From NCBI GenBank assembly GCA_035546575.1, contig DASZWN010000002.1:32681-96680 (forward strand): DNA of 64,000 bases, read 5' to 3'. Below the pieces are notes generated by a model. It had not been told where the DNA came from. It was given only the letters and a program-made list of their open reading frames with translations, and ran no database searches. Shown one piece after another: positions 19,033-28,287 of the stretch. Position 1 is the first letter of the stretch. Each line of letters starts with the position of its first letter. This DNA is from Minisyncoccota bacterium (lineage in GTDB: Bacteria > Patescibacteriota > Minisyncoccia > Phycocordibacterales > SBAW01). The position numbers were made by a program, and so were the translations under genes.

Positions 19033-19063
19033 CTCAATTTCTCGCATATGCGAAATTTTGAGG
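19033..19063. promoter_or_regulatory. 30-bp near-palindromic operator-like site 2, overlapping a putative -35/-10 for the PaaX-like gene
   Basis: CTCAATTTCTCGCATATGCGAAATTTTGAG shares 20/20 CTCAATTTCTCGCATATGCG with the reverse complement of site 1. On the minus strand, TATACT follows TTCGCA at a 16-nt spacing. Confidence 0.45.
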
Positions 19064-19085
19064 GTTTTGATGAAATCATCAATAG

Positions 19086-19113
19086 AAAAACGGCGGCCTT
19101 TGGGGCCGCCGTT
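19086..19113. terminator. Intrinsic terminator after the 76-aa minus-strand gene
   Basis: AAACGGCGGCC-tttg-GGGCCGCCGTTT. Confidence 0.5.
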
Positions 19114-19133
19114 TGCGTTGTCTTATATTCCAC

Positions 19134-19364
19134 TTAGCCTCCCTGAGGATGCTTGCCGCTGGTCAAGCCAGAGATCTCCGAGGGATCTTCGTTAGCCACA
19201 CCGAACCGTTTTCTGAACTCAGGAGTCTCAGATTCGTCAGGCCACCATCTCTCGGCCCAACGGTCAAATATTGCGCGATTGCTCCGAATGCGAGCGCGAT
19301 CGACCGTCTGAGGGTTTTGATACTTGCTCAGCTGAACAATCTTGCCATCATGGCTTTCAGCCAT
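19134..19364 (-). CDS. Hypothetical 76-aa protein, divergent from dnaG
   Basis: GGGAGAA RBS 7 nt upstream of the ATG. Charged product with no cysteines and no recognisable family. Confidence 0.45.
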   Translation of the reverse strand: MAESHDGKIVQLSKYQNPQTVDRARIRSNRAIFDRWAERWWPDESETPEFRKRFGVANEDPSEISGLTSGKHPQGG

Positions 19365-19465
19365 TGTGTTCTCCCGTATTTGTGCCTAGCGATATTTTGC
19401 GCCTTAAAGCACATGACGTCAACTCGAAGCAGAATACACAAAAGAGTACACTATGATCACACCCT

Positions 19466-21133
19466 ATGGACTCCAATGTCGAGAAAGTAAAAGACAAACT
19501 CTCCATCACCGATGTGATAGGTCAGTATATAACGCTTAAGCGTGCTGGCCGTACCTACATTGCTCGCTGCCCGTTCCACAACGAAAAGACGCCGAGCTTC
19601 CATGTCTCTCCCGAGCGCGGCACATACAAATGCTTTGGCTGCGGCGAGGGCGGCGACATTTTTACGTTTGTAGAAAAGATGGAGGGGATCGACTTTGGAG
19701 CGGCGCTTCGGCAACTAGCTGATAAGGCCGGAGTCAAACTGGAGAAGCAATTTATACAAAGCCCCGAGCACAAAGAACATGAGGAGCGGCTCCGTGAGGT
19801 ATGCGAAGAGGCAACGAAGTTTTTTGAAAGTAAGCTTGTGGAGCGCAACGATGTCCGGGAGTATTTGCGCTCGCGCGGGCTCCACGAGGACACGACCGCA
19901 GTGTGGCGGCTCGGCTACGCTCCGGCAGCCTGGGAGGAACTTTCTAAACACTTGCTTGCGCGCGGGTTTACAAAAGACGAAATGGTTGATGCTGGCTTTG
20001 CGGTAAAGTCGGAAAAGAAGCCGGGCGAGATCTTTGACCGCTTCCGAGGGCGTATCATCTTTCCGATTTTTGACGCTATGAGTAGGCCTATCGGTGTTTC
20101 GGGCAGATATTTTGAAAAGGTGCCTGGTCAGAAAGAGGAGAGCGAGCCTGCAAAGTATGTAAACAGCCCGGAGACTGTGCTGTTTAAAAAATCAAAGACG
20201 CTCTACGGGTTTGACCGCGCCCGCAATGCTATCCGCAAAGCCGACTGCATCTTGCTTGTAGAAGGACAGTTTGATTTAGTGCTCAGTCACCAATCGGGGC
20301 TGCCATTTGCCGTGGCGCTCTCCGGTACCGCACTCACGCCAGAGCATCTCTCGCTGCTCGGCCGGCTCTCAAAACGGTTGGTGCTGGCGCTTGATGCCGA
20401 TGCTGCAGGCTTGCGTTCTGGGCTTAAGAGTGCGCAAATGGCGCTCCAAGCAGGGTTTGATGTAAAAGTGCCGACCTTCCCGGCAGGGCAGGACCCGGCC
20501 GATGTTGCGCGCGAAAACCCCGAGTTACTCAAGGCCGCGATACGTACCTCGCGCACAGCAATAGAGTTTTTTATGGACGCATTGCGCCCGGGGGCCAAGG
20601 ATGAGCGTGGATTTGCCAAGACCGTCGAGACATACGTGCTGCCGCTTATCGCAGCGATGGAGAGCAAAATTCAGCAGGAGCATTTTATACGCATTGTTGC
20701 GCAAAAGCTCGGCGTATCCGAGGCCGCCGTGCGGGCAGAAGTTGGGCGCAAACCCGCCGCGGCCCCAGACGCTCCTCAACTGGCAGCGCAACAGACATCA
20801 GAAACTTTTACCGCTTCACCGCTCGAGACAAAAATAGGAATGCTTTTATTCTCGTTTCCTCCGGACTCTGCAGTGCGAGCCAATGTAGTAGCGCTTGCAG
20901 GAGAGGAGCGTATCAAGGATATAGAAGCAAAACTCGCGACACATGCAGAGGCGCTGCGATTTAGGTTTGACGGCGAGCTTGGCGAGCATATCAGCGAAGA
21001 GACGGTTGTAAAAGATATGCTGCGCGATATCGAGCGTATCTTGATGAAAGAGCTGATGATGCAAGCGCGCGGCGCAGGCGACCTCAAACAAATGGAAGAA
21101 ATCGCCAGACGTGCACAAGGTTTAGGTGCATAA
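19466..21133 (+). CDS. dnaG: DNA primase
   Basis: CHC2 zinc finger CPFHNEKTPSFHV..YKCFGCGEGGD, a TOPRIM domain (LVEGQFD...LALDADAAG), and a C-terminal helical domain. Confidence 0.95.
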   Translation: MDSNVEKVKDKLSITDVIGQYITLKRAGRTYIARCPFHNEKTPSFHVSPERGTYKCFGCGEGGDIFTFVEKMEGIDFGAALRQLADKAGVKLEKQFIQSPEHKEHEERLREVCEEATKFFESKLVERNDVREYLRSRGLHEDTTAVWRLGYAPAAWEELSKHLLARGFTKDEMVDAGFAVKSEKKPGEIFDRFRGRIIFPIFDAMSRPIGVSGRYFEKVPGQKEESEPAKYVNSPETVLFKKSKTLYGFDRARNAIRKADCILLVEGQFDLVLSHQSGLPFAVALSGTALTPEHLSLLGRLSKRLVLALDADAAGLRSGLKSAQMALQAGFDVKVPTFPAGQDPADVARENPELLKAAIRTSRTAIEFFMDALRPGAKDERGFAKTVETYVLPLIAAMESKIQQEHFIRIVAQKLGVSEAAVRAEVGRKPAAAPDAPQLAAQQTSETFTASPLETKIGMLLFSFPPDSAVRANVVALAGEERIKDIEAKLATHAEALRFRFDGELGEHISEETVVKDMLRDIERILMKELMMQARGAGDLKQMEEIARRAQGLGA

Positions 21134-21140
21134 TAAGTCC

Positions 21141-21226
21141 GCACTATTCAGAAATAAAAAGCCTTAGCCCCATTTCGCTTCGCGAAATGGCACGCCCCCA
21201 CCTAGCTTTTTATTTCTGAATAGTGC
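21141..21226 (+). promoter_or_regulatory. 86-nt nested hairpin between dnaG and rpoD
   Basis: A 22-bp perfect inverted repeat (GCACTATTCAGAAATAAAAAGC / GCTTTTTATTTCTGAATAGTGC) encloses an inner 9-bp hairpin CCATTTCGC-ttc-GCGAAATGG. Confidence 0.5.
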
Positions 21227-21276
21227 TTCACACACTTTTCATTTCATTAGTTTAGTAGTATAGTATTCACCAAGAT

Positions 21277-22521
21277 ATGGCTAAGGCGAAAAAGAGCAAA
21301 AAAGCGGCCCCAAAGCGCAAAGGGGTGGCCCAAAAGGCGCGTAAGTTCCGCGCAGCAGCTGCAAAGCGGCGCGTAAAGCTGGCGCCTAAGGCCAAGAAAA
21401 AGGCACTAAAGGCTCCCAAGGAGGCGGCCCTTTCGCCCAAGCTTGCTAAAAAGCTCGACGAGCAAAATAAAAAGGCCGAGGCTCTTATGTCTCGCGGACG
21501 CATGCGCGGGTTTGTTACCTACGACGAAATTCTTAAAGCTTTTCCAAACATCGAGACCGATGTGATGTTTCTTGAGGACTTGTACGAAAAGTTCTCCACG
21601 GCGCATATCGATGTACTCGAGGGCGGCGGCATGCTCAACATGGCCGAGGAGGCTCCAGAGAAGGGTTACTCTCGATCTGACTCTCAATACGATTCTATCC
21701 AGATGTATCTGCGCGAGATCGGCAAATACCCGCTTCTCAACGCGCAAAGTGAGCGCGATTTGGCAAAGCGCATCACCGAGGGCGACGACGAAGCTCGCAA
21801 CCTGCTTGCCCGCGCTAACCTCCGTCTTGTGGTCTCGATTGCCAAAAAGTACGTTGGCCGCTCGCCCGACCTCACGCTGCTCGATCTCATTCAAGAGGGT
21901 AACCTCGGCCTCTTTAAGGCGGTTGATAAATTCGATTACGAAAAGGGTTTTAAATTCTCGACCTACGCTACCTGGTGGATCCGCCAGGCTATCACACGCG
22001 CGCTTGCCGACCAAAGCCGCACGATCCGTATCCCCGTACACATGGTGGAGACCATTGCTAAGTATAAGCAGGTTTCGCGCCGCCTGAGCCAAGACCTGGG
22101 TCGCGACCCGCTTGCCGAGGAGATCGCTCTTGAGATGGGCGTTGATGTTGATAAAATCTACCAGATCGAAAAGATCGACCAGGATACTGTCTCGCTTGAG
22201 AGCCCGGTGGGCTCCGACGACGGCGACGACGGCAAGTCGGTTTTGGGTGACTTTATAAAAGACGACAAAATCCTCTCTCCCGATCAGGAGGTTGCCCGCC
22301 GCATACTCGCCGACCAACTTAAAGAGATTCTTGAAGAGCTTAGCCCTAAAGAGCGCGAGATTTTGAAACTGCGCCACGGTCTTGAGGACGGCATCTACCA
22401 CACACTCGAAGAGGTGGGGAAGAAATTTGGCGTTACCCGCGAGCGTATCCGCCAGATCGAGGCAAAAGCGCTTGAACGTATCCGCACGCACGAAAAAGCA
22501 AAGCGCCTGCGTAGTTACTAG
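21277..22521 (+). CDS. rpoD: RNA polymerase primary sigma factor (sigma-70/SigA) with a Lys/Ala-rich N-terminal tail
   Basis: Region 2 ([41 protein letters not shown]) and regions 3 and 4 are present. The N-terminal 70 aa are [14 protein letters not shown]-type repeats. Confidence 0.95.
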   Translation: MAKAKKSKKAAPKRKGVAQKARKFRAAAAKRRVKLAPKAKKKALKAPKEAALSPKLAKKLDEQNKKAEALMSRGRMRGFVTYDEILKAFPNIETDVMFLEDLYEKFSTAHIDVLEGGGMLNMAEEAPEKGYSRSDSQYDSIQMYLREIGKYPLLNAQSERDLAKRITEGDDEARNLLARANLRLVVSIAKKYVGRSPDLTLLDLIQEGNLGLFKAVDKFDYEKGFKFSTYATWWIRQAITRALADQSRTIRIPVHMVETIAKYKQVSRRLSQDLGRDPLAEEIALEMGVDVDKIYQIEKIDQDTVSLESPVGSDDGDDGKSVLGDFIKDDKILSPDQEVARRILADQLKEILEELSPKEREILKLRHGLEDGIYHTLEEVGKKFGVTRERIRQIEAKALERIRTHEKAKRLRSY

Positions 22522-22534
22522 CTTTGCAAAATAA

Positions 22535-22620
22535 GTATAAAAGGGTACTCGATTTTTCTGCTGAAAAATCGCTCAGTCCTCGCGCCGAGGTACTCGGAGC
22601 CCCTTTTATGCTTGTTTTGC
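22535..22620. terminator. Bidirectional hairpin between the convergent rpoD and ATP-grasp genes
   Basis: AAAAGGGTACTCG...CTCGGAGCCCCTTTT long stem. Confidence 0.4.
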
Positions 22621-23817
22621 TTCGCTCCACATATCCCAAATAACGCCCGCTACGTTTCTGGGTTCGCCCTCAAACGGGAGGTGATGGTTGTCGAAGAAGG
22701 GGCGGCCATTGCACTCAATCACGCCGCACTTCTCTTGCTCTTTCCACGACTTGGAGATGTCCTCGATAATAAAGTCGATGCCGACAATGGGTGCATGCAA
22801 CACTCGCGCGATTTCCTCAAACAGTGCTTTATTGTCCGAGTGCACCTCGTCCGTGACATCGGTTGTGGTGCCGCCGACCGACCAATTTATTTTTTGATGT
22901 AAGTACATAATCCGATTCTTTTCAGGGATAGTTTCGAGCGTTGCATGTTGCAGCGCGAGTTCCGCTTCTGTTGCAGGAGATATTTTAATTTTGGAAAAAT
23001 ATGGACCTTGGCGTTTAGGGTGCTCGTTTTCTTTTTCTATAAGTTCAGACACAGCGTGTACACCGTCGCCCACGACATGTGGCCGGTCTCGTCTGATAGT
23101 GGCTATGAGTTTGCCGCCTACAAGTGTCGGGCGGTACACCGAGCCCACAAGCTCCTCTTCAATAATCACATTTGGTGAGACTTGTTTTGCAACCCGAAAC
23201 GCTCGTTCGAGCTCAAGCTCGTCTGAAATATGCGTTGTCGTGTGCCGCGAGCCCGAGCCCTCGAACGGTTTTACGATCACGGGCTTATCAATACTGTTAA
23301 AAATCTTTTTGGCACCACTCAGGCTAAATGCGGAGCCGCCGCGTGCAACTGGGATACCCAACTTCAGAAACCTCCTCTTCATAGTCGCTTTGCTGTCGAG
23401 CCACCATACGCCTTGTCTGGTGCCTGGTGGAAAAGGAATACTCTCAAAAGTGATTCTGCGCCCGTCTGGGAATGTTGCAACAAAGCTATTAGTAGGGAGT
23501 CCAAGAAAGCGGAACTCGCGCATGAGTATGCCGCGCGCCTTTGCCTCGCTCCACAACACTTGGCACAGCAGAAGTGTTTTATCGTCAGGCTCGTCTTTAA
23601 ACTCGCCCAGCCCAAAGCGCTCTAATCGCTCGTACAAGCCAAAGGCCAGACTCTTCTTTGTGCGTTTGCTTGAGAGTCGGGAGACAAACTGCAGCGGGAG
23701 ATCAAACAGTGGAGTGGTCACTATGTTCATGAGATGTACCGCGTATTCTGCTTTATGGTAGACGGGATCTGAGCCGCACTCAGGGCAAGGTTTGGGCGGC
23801 GGGAGGCTGATGCGCAT
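22606..23817 (-). CDS. ATP-grasp domain ligase (RimK/cyanophycin-synthetase-like)
   Basis: VIVKPFEGSGSRHTTTHI, IIEEELVGSVYR, INWSVGGT and VIECNGRPF are ATP-grasp motifs. Confidence 0.65.
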   Translation of the reverse strand: MRISLPPPKPCPECGSDPVYHKAEYAVHLMNIVTTPLFDLPLQFVSRLSSKRTKKSLAFGLYERLERFGLGEFKDEPDDKTLLLCQVLWSEAKARGILMREFRFLGLPTNSFVATFPDGRRITFESIPFPPGTRQGVWWLDSKATMKRRFLKLGIPVARGGSAFSLSGAKKIFNSIDKPVIVKPFEGSGSRHTTTHISDELELERAFRVAKQVSPNVIIEEELVGSVYRPTLVGGKLIATIRRDRPHVVGDGVHAVSELIEKENEHPKRQGPYFSKIKISPATEAELALQHATLETIPEKNRIMYLHQKINWSVGGTTTDVTDEVHSDNKALFEEIARVLHAPIVGIDFIIEDISKSWKEQEKCGVIECNGRPFFDNHHLPFEGEPRNVAGVIWDMWSEAKQA

Positions 23818-23881
23818 ACTTCCAAGTATAGGCTTTTTAAGGCCTTTTTTATAGAGAATTAGCGTTTGCTATACTGCCAGT

Positions 23882-24760
23882 GTGGCCAAGAAGCGTAAAG
23901 TTGACCTTCCTATAAAACACTGGAGCCACTCAAGCCTCATGGCGTATCTGCGCAATCCGCTTGCCTGGTACAAGCGCTATGTCGAGTTGGTATACGACAC
24001 GCCGATGAGCCCGGCGGCCGTAGTGGGGCAGGCGGCACACAAAGCGCTTGAGCACTACTACAGCGGCATAAGCATTGAGGGGGCGACCCAACTGGGGCTT
24101 GAGCATATGCGCACTATTGCGGACTTTGAGATCAACTTTGGCAAAAAAGTAAAAAGCCTGCCTGCCGGTAAGCAGGCCGCAGCGCGCAAAAAACAACGTG
24201 CCTCAATGGAGCGCGACTACTTGCAGGCGGTGTCGTTCTTTTTTGCGCGGCCGCCAAAATATAAAGTGCTAGCGGTCGAATGTAAGGCGACCGTTGAGGT
24301 TTCGGGCTTAACGCTCCCTATTAAAGCAATATCAGACTTGGTGGTGCAAAGCGCAGTGGACCCACATGGGATAGATGTCGTTGATTATAAATTTGTCTCG
24401 ACGTTTAGCCCGTACAAAGCGGACAAAGCGCTCTTTGTGATGCAGGCAATCTTTAACTACTATACGGTCAAGAAGACATTCAACAAGCCGGTGCGGCGGT
24501 TTATTATCCACGAGATCAAAATCACCCGCAATCAAGACGGCAGCGCCCAGGTGCGCAAATATGTGATCGACTTTAGAACATTCAGAGAGGAATTTATTAT
24601 TTTTAACCGGCTGTTGCGCGACGCGACCGAGTCCTTAGCTACAACCAAAGTGTTTTTGCCTAATCCCTCAGACATGTTTGAGGGGGAGAATAGTTTTGAT
24701 ATCTATCGCATCAACATTGCGCCCGAAGAGTACGACACCCACTTTAAACCCGACGAATGA
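23882..24760 (+). CDS. PD-(D/E)XK (RecB/Cas4-like core) nuclease family protein without an Fe-S cysteine cluster
   Basis: WSHSSLMAYLRNPLAWYKRYV N-terminal motif, ISDLVV (D), VVDYKF (DxK) and MQAIFNYY (QxxxY). GTG start. Confidence 0.55.
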   Translation: MAKKRKVDLPIKHWSHSSLMAYLRNPLAWYKRYVELVYDTPMSPAAVVGQAAHKALEHYYSGISIEGATQLGLEHMRTIADFEINFGKKVKSLPAGKQAAARKKQRASMERDYLQAVSFFFARPPKYKVLAVECKATVEVSGLTLPIKAISDLVVQSAVDPHGIDVVDYKFVSTFSPYKADKALFVMQAIFNYYTVKKTFNKPVRRFIIHEIKITRNQDGSAQVRKYVIDFRTFREEFIIFNRLLRDATESLATTKVFLPNPSDMFEGENSFDIYRINIAPEEYDTHFKPDE

Positions 24761-24785
24761 AAAACCCCGGCTAGGCCGGGGTTTT
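24761..24785. terminator. Bidirectional intrinsic terminator
   Basis: AAAACCCCGGCtaGGCCGGGGTTTT. Confidence 0.6.
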
Positions 24786-24787
24786 AA

Positions 24788-25498
24788 TTACTGAGTGGTT
24801 GTTGATGCTGTAGCTGCTGGGTTGCCTTGGAGGACCGCGTCGATTGCTGCACGCATAGAGTCATACGGCTGATTGCCCGGGAGTGTGATCGCCTCGGTAC
24901 CTACCATTACGAGCGTAAACGGCGTGCCCTGCGCGCCTAAGGCGATAGCCTCATTGTAGGAATCCTGTACCTTCTTGGTAAATTTGCCGCTTGAGAGGCA
25001 GGCGTTAAAGGTGTTTACATCGAGCCCTACCTGACCGGCGATAACTGGGAGCTGTGCGGCATCGAGGCCATTGTTAGACGGCGTGACCTCGAATACTTTG
25101 TCGATAAACTTAAAGTATGCGGTGTTGCCGCCCTGGTCTGCGGCGCATTCTGCAGCCTCGGCCTCTTTAGGTGCGCGGTCGTGTATAGATGCGAGCGGGA
25201 ATGGGCGCGATACCCACGCTACGTTGCCCGAGGCGCCGTAGAAATCCATAACCTGATGCAGTGTGCCTTCAAATGTTTTGCAGTGCGGACACTCAAGGTC
25301 CATGTACTCGACTACTTTTACCGCTGCGTTAGGGTTGCCCAAGATGTGGTCGGTTGCCGGATCGTAGACGCGCGCGGTGACATTGGTAGAAGCGCCGCCG
25401 TTACTTGGTACCGAAGTCTTACCTACCAAAAACACTGCCCCTGCAATAAGCAAACCTGCGACAACGATGGTAATGGGTAGTACGTATTCGCTTTTCAT
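24788..25498 (-). CDS. Membrane-anchored DsbA/BdbD-like thiol:disulfide oxidoreductase
   Basis: N-terminal TM helix, CPHC active site, thioredoxin fold. Confidence 0.8.
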   Translation of the reverse strand: MKSEYVLPITIVVAGLLIAGAVFLVGKTSVPSNGGASTNVTARVYDPATDHILGNPNAAVKVVEYMDLECPHCKTFEGTLHQVMDFYGASGNVAWVSRPFPLASIHDRAPKEAEAAECAADQGGNTAYFKFIDKVFEVTPSNNGLDAAQLPVIAGQVGLDVNTFNACLSSGKFTKKVQDSYNEAIALGAQGTPFTLVMVGTEAITLPGNQPYDSMRAAIDAVLQGNPAATASTTTQ

Positions 25499-25543
25499 AA
25501 TGGTTATTTAGCTAATTACCAACAGTATAACACAGCCAGAGGG

Positions 25544-26116
25544 TTAAAACGGCAGGGTATGAGTTATAGCGCCGGTATTTGGCACCTCCTCCCATTTGGA
25601 GGTATTGAGCTTTATTTCGCGAACACCCTCATAGTCTTTGTATTTGAGTGAGCCGTGCTGGCGGGCGTAGTCGTAGATCTCTTTAGTAATCCGTACGTCG
25701 TCGAGGCAGTACTCGCGCACCTTCTCGATATTGCCCTCCTTCCACCATTTAACCGCGTCGAGGCCCGCCGCGATCTTGCCGGTGCCGAGCGTTGCCTGTG
25801 CCACTGAATCGAGCTTGAGCCGCCGGCCAAGCACGTTTTTGATTTCTTTAAGCAAGTCGATGCTTTTTATCTTGGTGAGGTCGCCCGCGTAATATTTGTT
25901 AAGTATCGGAATATCAAAGTGGTCGGAATTGTAGCCCACAAGAATATCCGCGCGCTCAAACAAGGGCCACATCTGCGGCAACTCTTCTTTTACATAGCTC
26001 GTGTACTGATCAGTCTCAGAGTCGTGTACGCCCACGACCGTGAGCTCCTGATTGGAGAAATCAAACGGCACGCCGCTCTCTCCTGTTGTTTCAATATCAA
26101 AGGTAATACGCCGCAT
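25544..26116 (-). CDS. DEDD-type 3'-5' exonuclease (DnaQ/RNase H-like superfamily)
   Basis: FDIETTG (Exo I motif) and GYNSDHFDIPIL (Exo II); 190 aa, standalone. Confidence 0.65.
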   Translation of the reverse strand: MRRITFDIETTGESGVPFDFSNQELTVVGVHDSETDQYTSYVKEELPQMWPLFERADILVGYNSDHFDIPILNKYYAGDLTKIKSIDLLKEIKNVLGRRLKLDSVAQATLGTGKIAAGLDAVKWWKEGNIEKVREYCLDDVRITKEIYDYARQHGSLKYKDYEGVREIKLNTSKWEEVPNTGAITHTLPF

Positions 26117-26131
26117 AGGGGAAAGACCGAG

Positions 26132-27379
26132 TTACAGAGTACTAAAGAATGTTGCAAGATCCGCCCGCACGAGCTTTTTTTCCTCGCCGGAATTGAGGTC
26201 CTTAACCCTAAACTCTCCTGAGGCTATTTCGTCACTGCCCACAACAATAAGATAGGGGATCTTGTGTTTGGCGGCAGTCTTGATCTGGTCGCCCAGCTTC
26301 TTTTCGCCAAAGTCGACCGCCACAGAGACGTTGTGCTCGCGCAACATGCCGGCCAACTTCATTGCCTCGCTCGCAAGAGCCTGATCGGCAATTGCTACGT
26401 ACACTTTTGTGGTCGGTATATATTCCGGCAGCAGTCCGCGGACCTCAAGAAAGTCTCTAATCGTTACGTCGCCCATCGCAAAGCCAACGCCCACGACCGG
26501 CTCGTCGCTAAAAAGCGATGTTAGGTTGTCGTATCGGCCGCCGCCGAGGAGTGCGCGGTTGTTCTCCGGGTTAGTGTCAAACGCCTCAAATACTACGCCG
26601 GTATAGTAGTCGAAGCCGCGCACTATTGAGGGGTCAAACTCGGCGTTATTGATACCAAGGTCTTTGAGTATCGTGAGCACCTCGGCTACATCTGCAGGAA
26701 TCTTGTCGGGCGAGAGCATCTCGAGCGCCACACCAATGTCTTTAATATCACGCTCAAAGTCGGCGGCCGGCATTTTTGCTCGGCGGTCGAGGAGTCCGCG
26801 CAGTTTTTTGCCTGTGTCTTCGTCGAGATTGAGCTCGCGGGTGATCGAGTCGAGAAAATTACGGCTCCCGAGCTTAAGTACAAAGTCGCTTTCCTGTGCG
26901 CCAAAGGCTACAAGCACCGCATGGGCTACCGAGATAATTTCCGCGTCGGCATTGCGGCTGTTTGAGCCGAACAAATCGACATTGAGCTGCCAGTGCTCGC
27001 GCAAACGCCCTCGTTGCGAGCGCTCATAGCGAAAGAGGTTTGGGATCGAAAACCAGCGCAACGGATAACCCACCTCGCGCCGACGCGCCGCTACCATGCG
27101 TGCGACAGTCGGTGTCATCTCGGGGCGCAGGGTCACCTCGCGGCCGCCACGATCGACAAACGTGTACGTCTGGTCGTGTACGAGCTCCTCGTTCTCGGCG
27201 CCTTTGCTTTTGTAGAGTTCTGCAGGCTCGAGCACCGATGCATGGTACTCGAGGTAGCCAAAACGCTCGGAAACCTCGCGTACCGTCGAGATAAAGTAAT
27301 TGAAAAATGCCTGATCCTCGGGAAAGAAGTCGCGGACACCTTTGTACGGATCTGTGGATAAGTGCTCTTTTTTGCCCAT
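26132..27379 (-). CDS. hisS: Histidyl-tRNA synthetase
   Basis: Class II aaRS motifs including GGGRYDNL, plus a C-terminal anticodon-binding domain. The start was set at ATG 27379. Confidence 0.9.
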   Translation of the reverse strand: MGKKEHLSTDPYKGVRDFFPEDQAFFNYFISTVREVSERFGYLEYHASVLEPAELYKSKGAENEELVHDQTYTFVDRGGREVTLRPEMTPTVARMVAARRREVGYPLRWFSIPNLFRYERSQRGRLREHWQLNVDLFGSNSRNADAEIISVAHAVLVAFGAQESDFVLKLGSRNFLDSITRELNLDEDTGKKLRGLLDRRAKMPAADFERDIKDIGVALEMLSPDKIPADVAEVLTILKDLGINNAEFDPSIVRGFDYYTGVVFEAFDTNPENNRALLGGGRYDNLTSLFSDEPVVGVGFAMGDVTIRDFLEVRGLLPEYIPTTKVYVAIADQALASEAMKLAGMLREHNVSVAVDFGEKKLGDQIKTAAKHKIPYLIVVGSDEIASGEFRVKDLNSGEEKKLVRADLATFFSTL

Positions 27380-27428
27380 ATTTCGTATACGTAGTAGTGT
27401 AACAGAAATGCAGGACGAGCGCAGTGAC

Positions 27429-28226
27429 ATGGTGAACGTGGATAAAGGAATGGCACTGGACCAGTCTGGCGAGGTCGTTAATCTCTATAAAAACTTGGGC
27501 GAAACGCCGCGAGAGCGGCTTGAGCGTCTGCGGGTCCAAAAGGCGCATTACGCGCATGAGGTGCTCTCGTATGCCGGCAGGCTCGACCCGATGGCTGAGG
27601 GTGTCTTGTTGTGCCTGGTGGGCTCTGCAAATAAACGACGCGAGCAATATCTCGACCTCTCAAAAGAATACGTACTGGATATATTATTTGGATTTTCGAC
27701 CGATACGTACGATGTGCTTGGCCGCGTGATGGACACGGGCGATGCCAGCCGTGTAAAACTTAAAGCAGTTGAAAAAGGATTAAACGAATTTCGCGGGCAT
27801 GTGGCGCAAGAATATCCGCCTTTTTCCAGCAAAACAGTCGGCGGCAAATCGCTGTTTGAGTGGGCGCGCGGCAATGCGCTCGGCGCACTTGTGCTGCCGG
27901 AGCGCTCAGTAATTGTGTACGACATAGCGCTTGAGGGCGCGTATAAAGTTTCTGAGCCGCAGCTCCTTTCTTATATTGAGGCGGGTATCGATAAAGTGCA
28001 GGGCGACTTTAGACAAGAGGAGATCATGCGGCTCTGGAAGCGCAACCTAAAAGCAAACGGCACGCGCGAATTCCCATGCGCCACTATCCGCGTTTCGTGC
28101 TCTTCGGGCACCTACATGCGCTCTATAGCGCATGCATTAGGTAAAGAGCTTGGCGTCCCGGCGCTGGCCCTCCATATTTTGCGCACCCAGGTGGGGGACT
28201 ATAAGGTCGAAAACGCCTTGCGGTAG
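27429..28226 (+). CDS. truB: tRNA pseudouridine-55 synthase
   Basis: YAGRLDPMAEGVLLCLVG (GxLDxxAxGVL catalytic-Asp motif). Start uncertain: ATG at 27408, 27429 or 27450. Confidence 0.85.
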   Translation: MVNVDKGMALDQSGEVVNLYKNLGETPRERLERLRVQKAHYAHEVLSYAGRLDPMAEGVLLCLVGSANKRREQYLDLSKEYVLDILFGFSTDTYDVLGRVMDTGDASRVKLKAVEKGLNEFRGHVAQEYPPFSSKTVGGKSLFEWARGNALGALVLPERSVIVYDIALEGAYKVSEPQLLSYIEAGIDKVQGDFRQEEIMRLWKRNLKANGTREFPCATIRVSCSSGTYMRSIAHALGKELGVPALALHILRTQVGDYKVENALR

Positions 28227-28287
28227 GCTGTTTTGCATTATATTGTGTTGCCAGTAGGTCTCCACAAGTTAAAGGAGAAGTTGCTCG

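Noticed and set aside
18528-19133. The PaaX-like protein could be read as a Cas2 homologue, or the locus as a degenerate CRISPR-Cas system.
   Set aside because: The WxxWxxVxYDIP...SVW pattern fits the PaaX family better. There is no cas1, no repeat-spacer array anywhere in the window, and the flanking repeats are two palindromic operator-like sites, not direct repeats.
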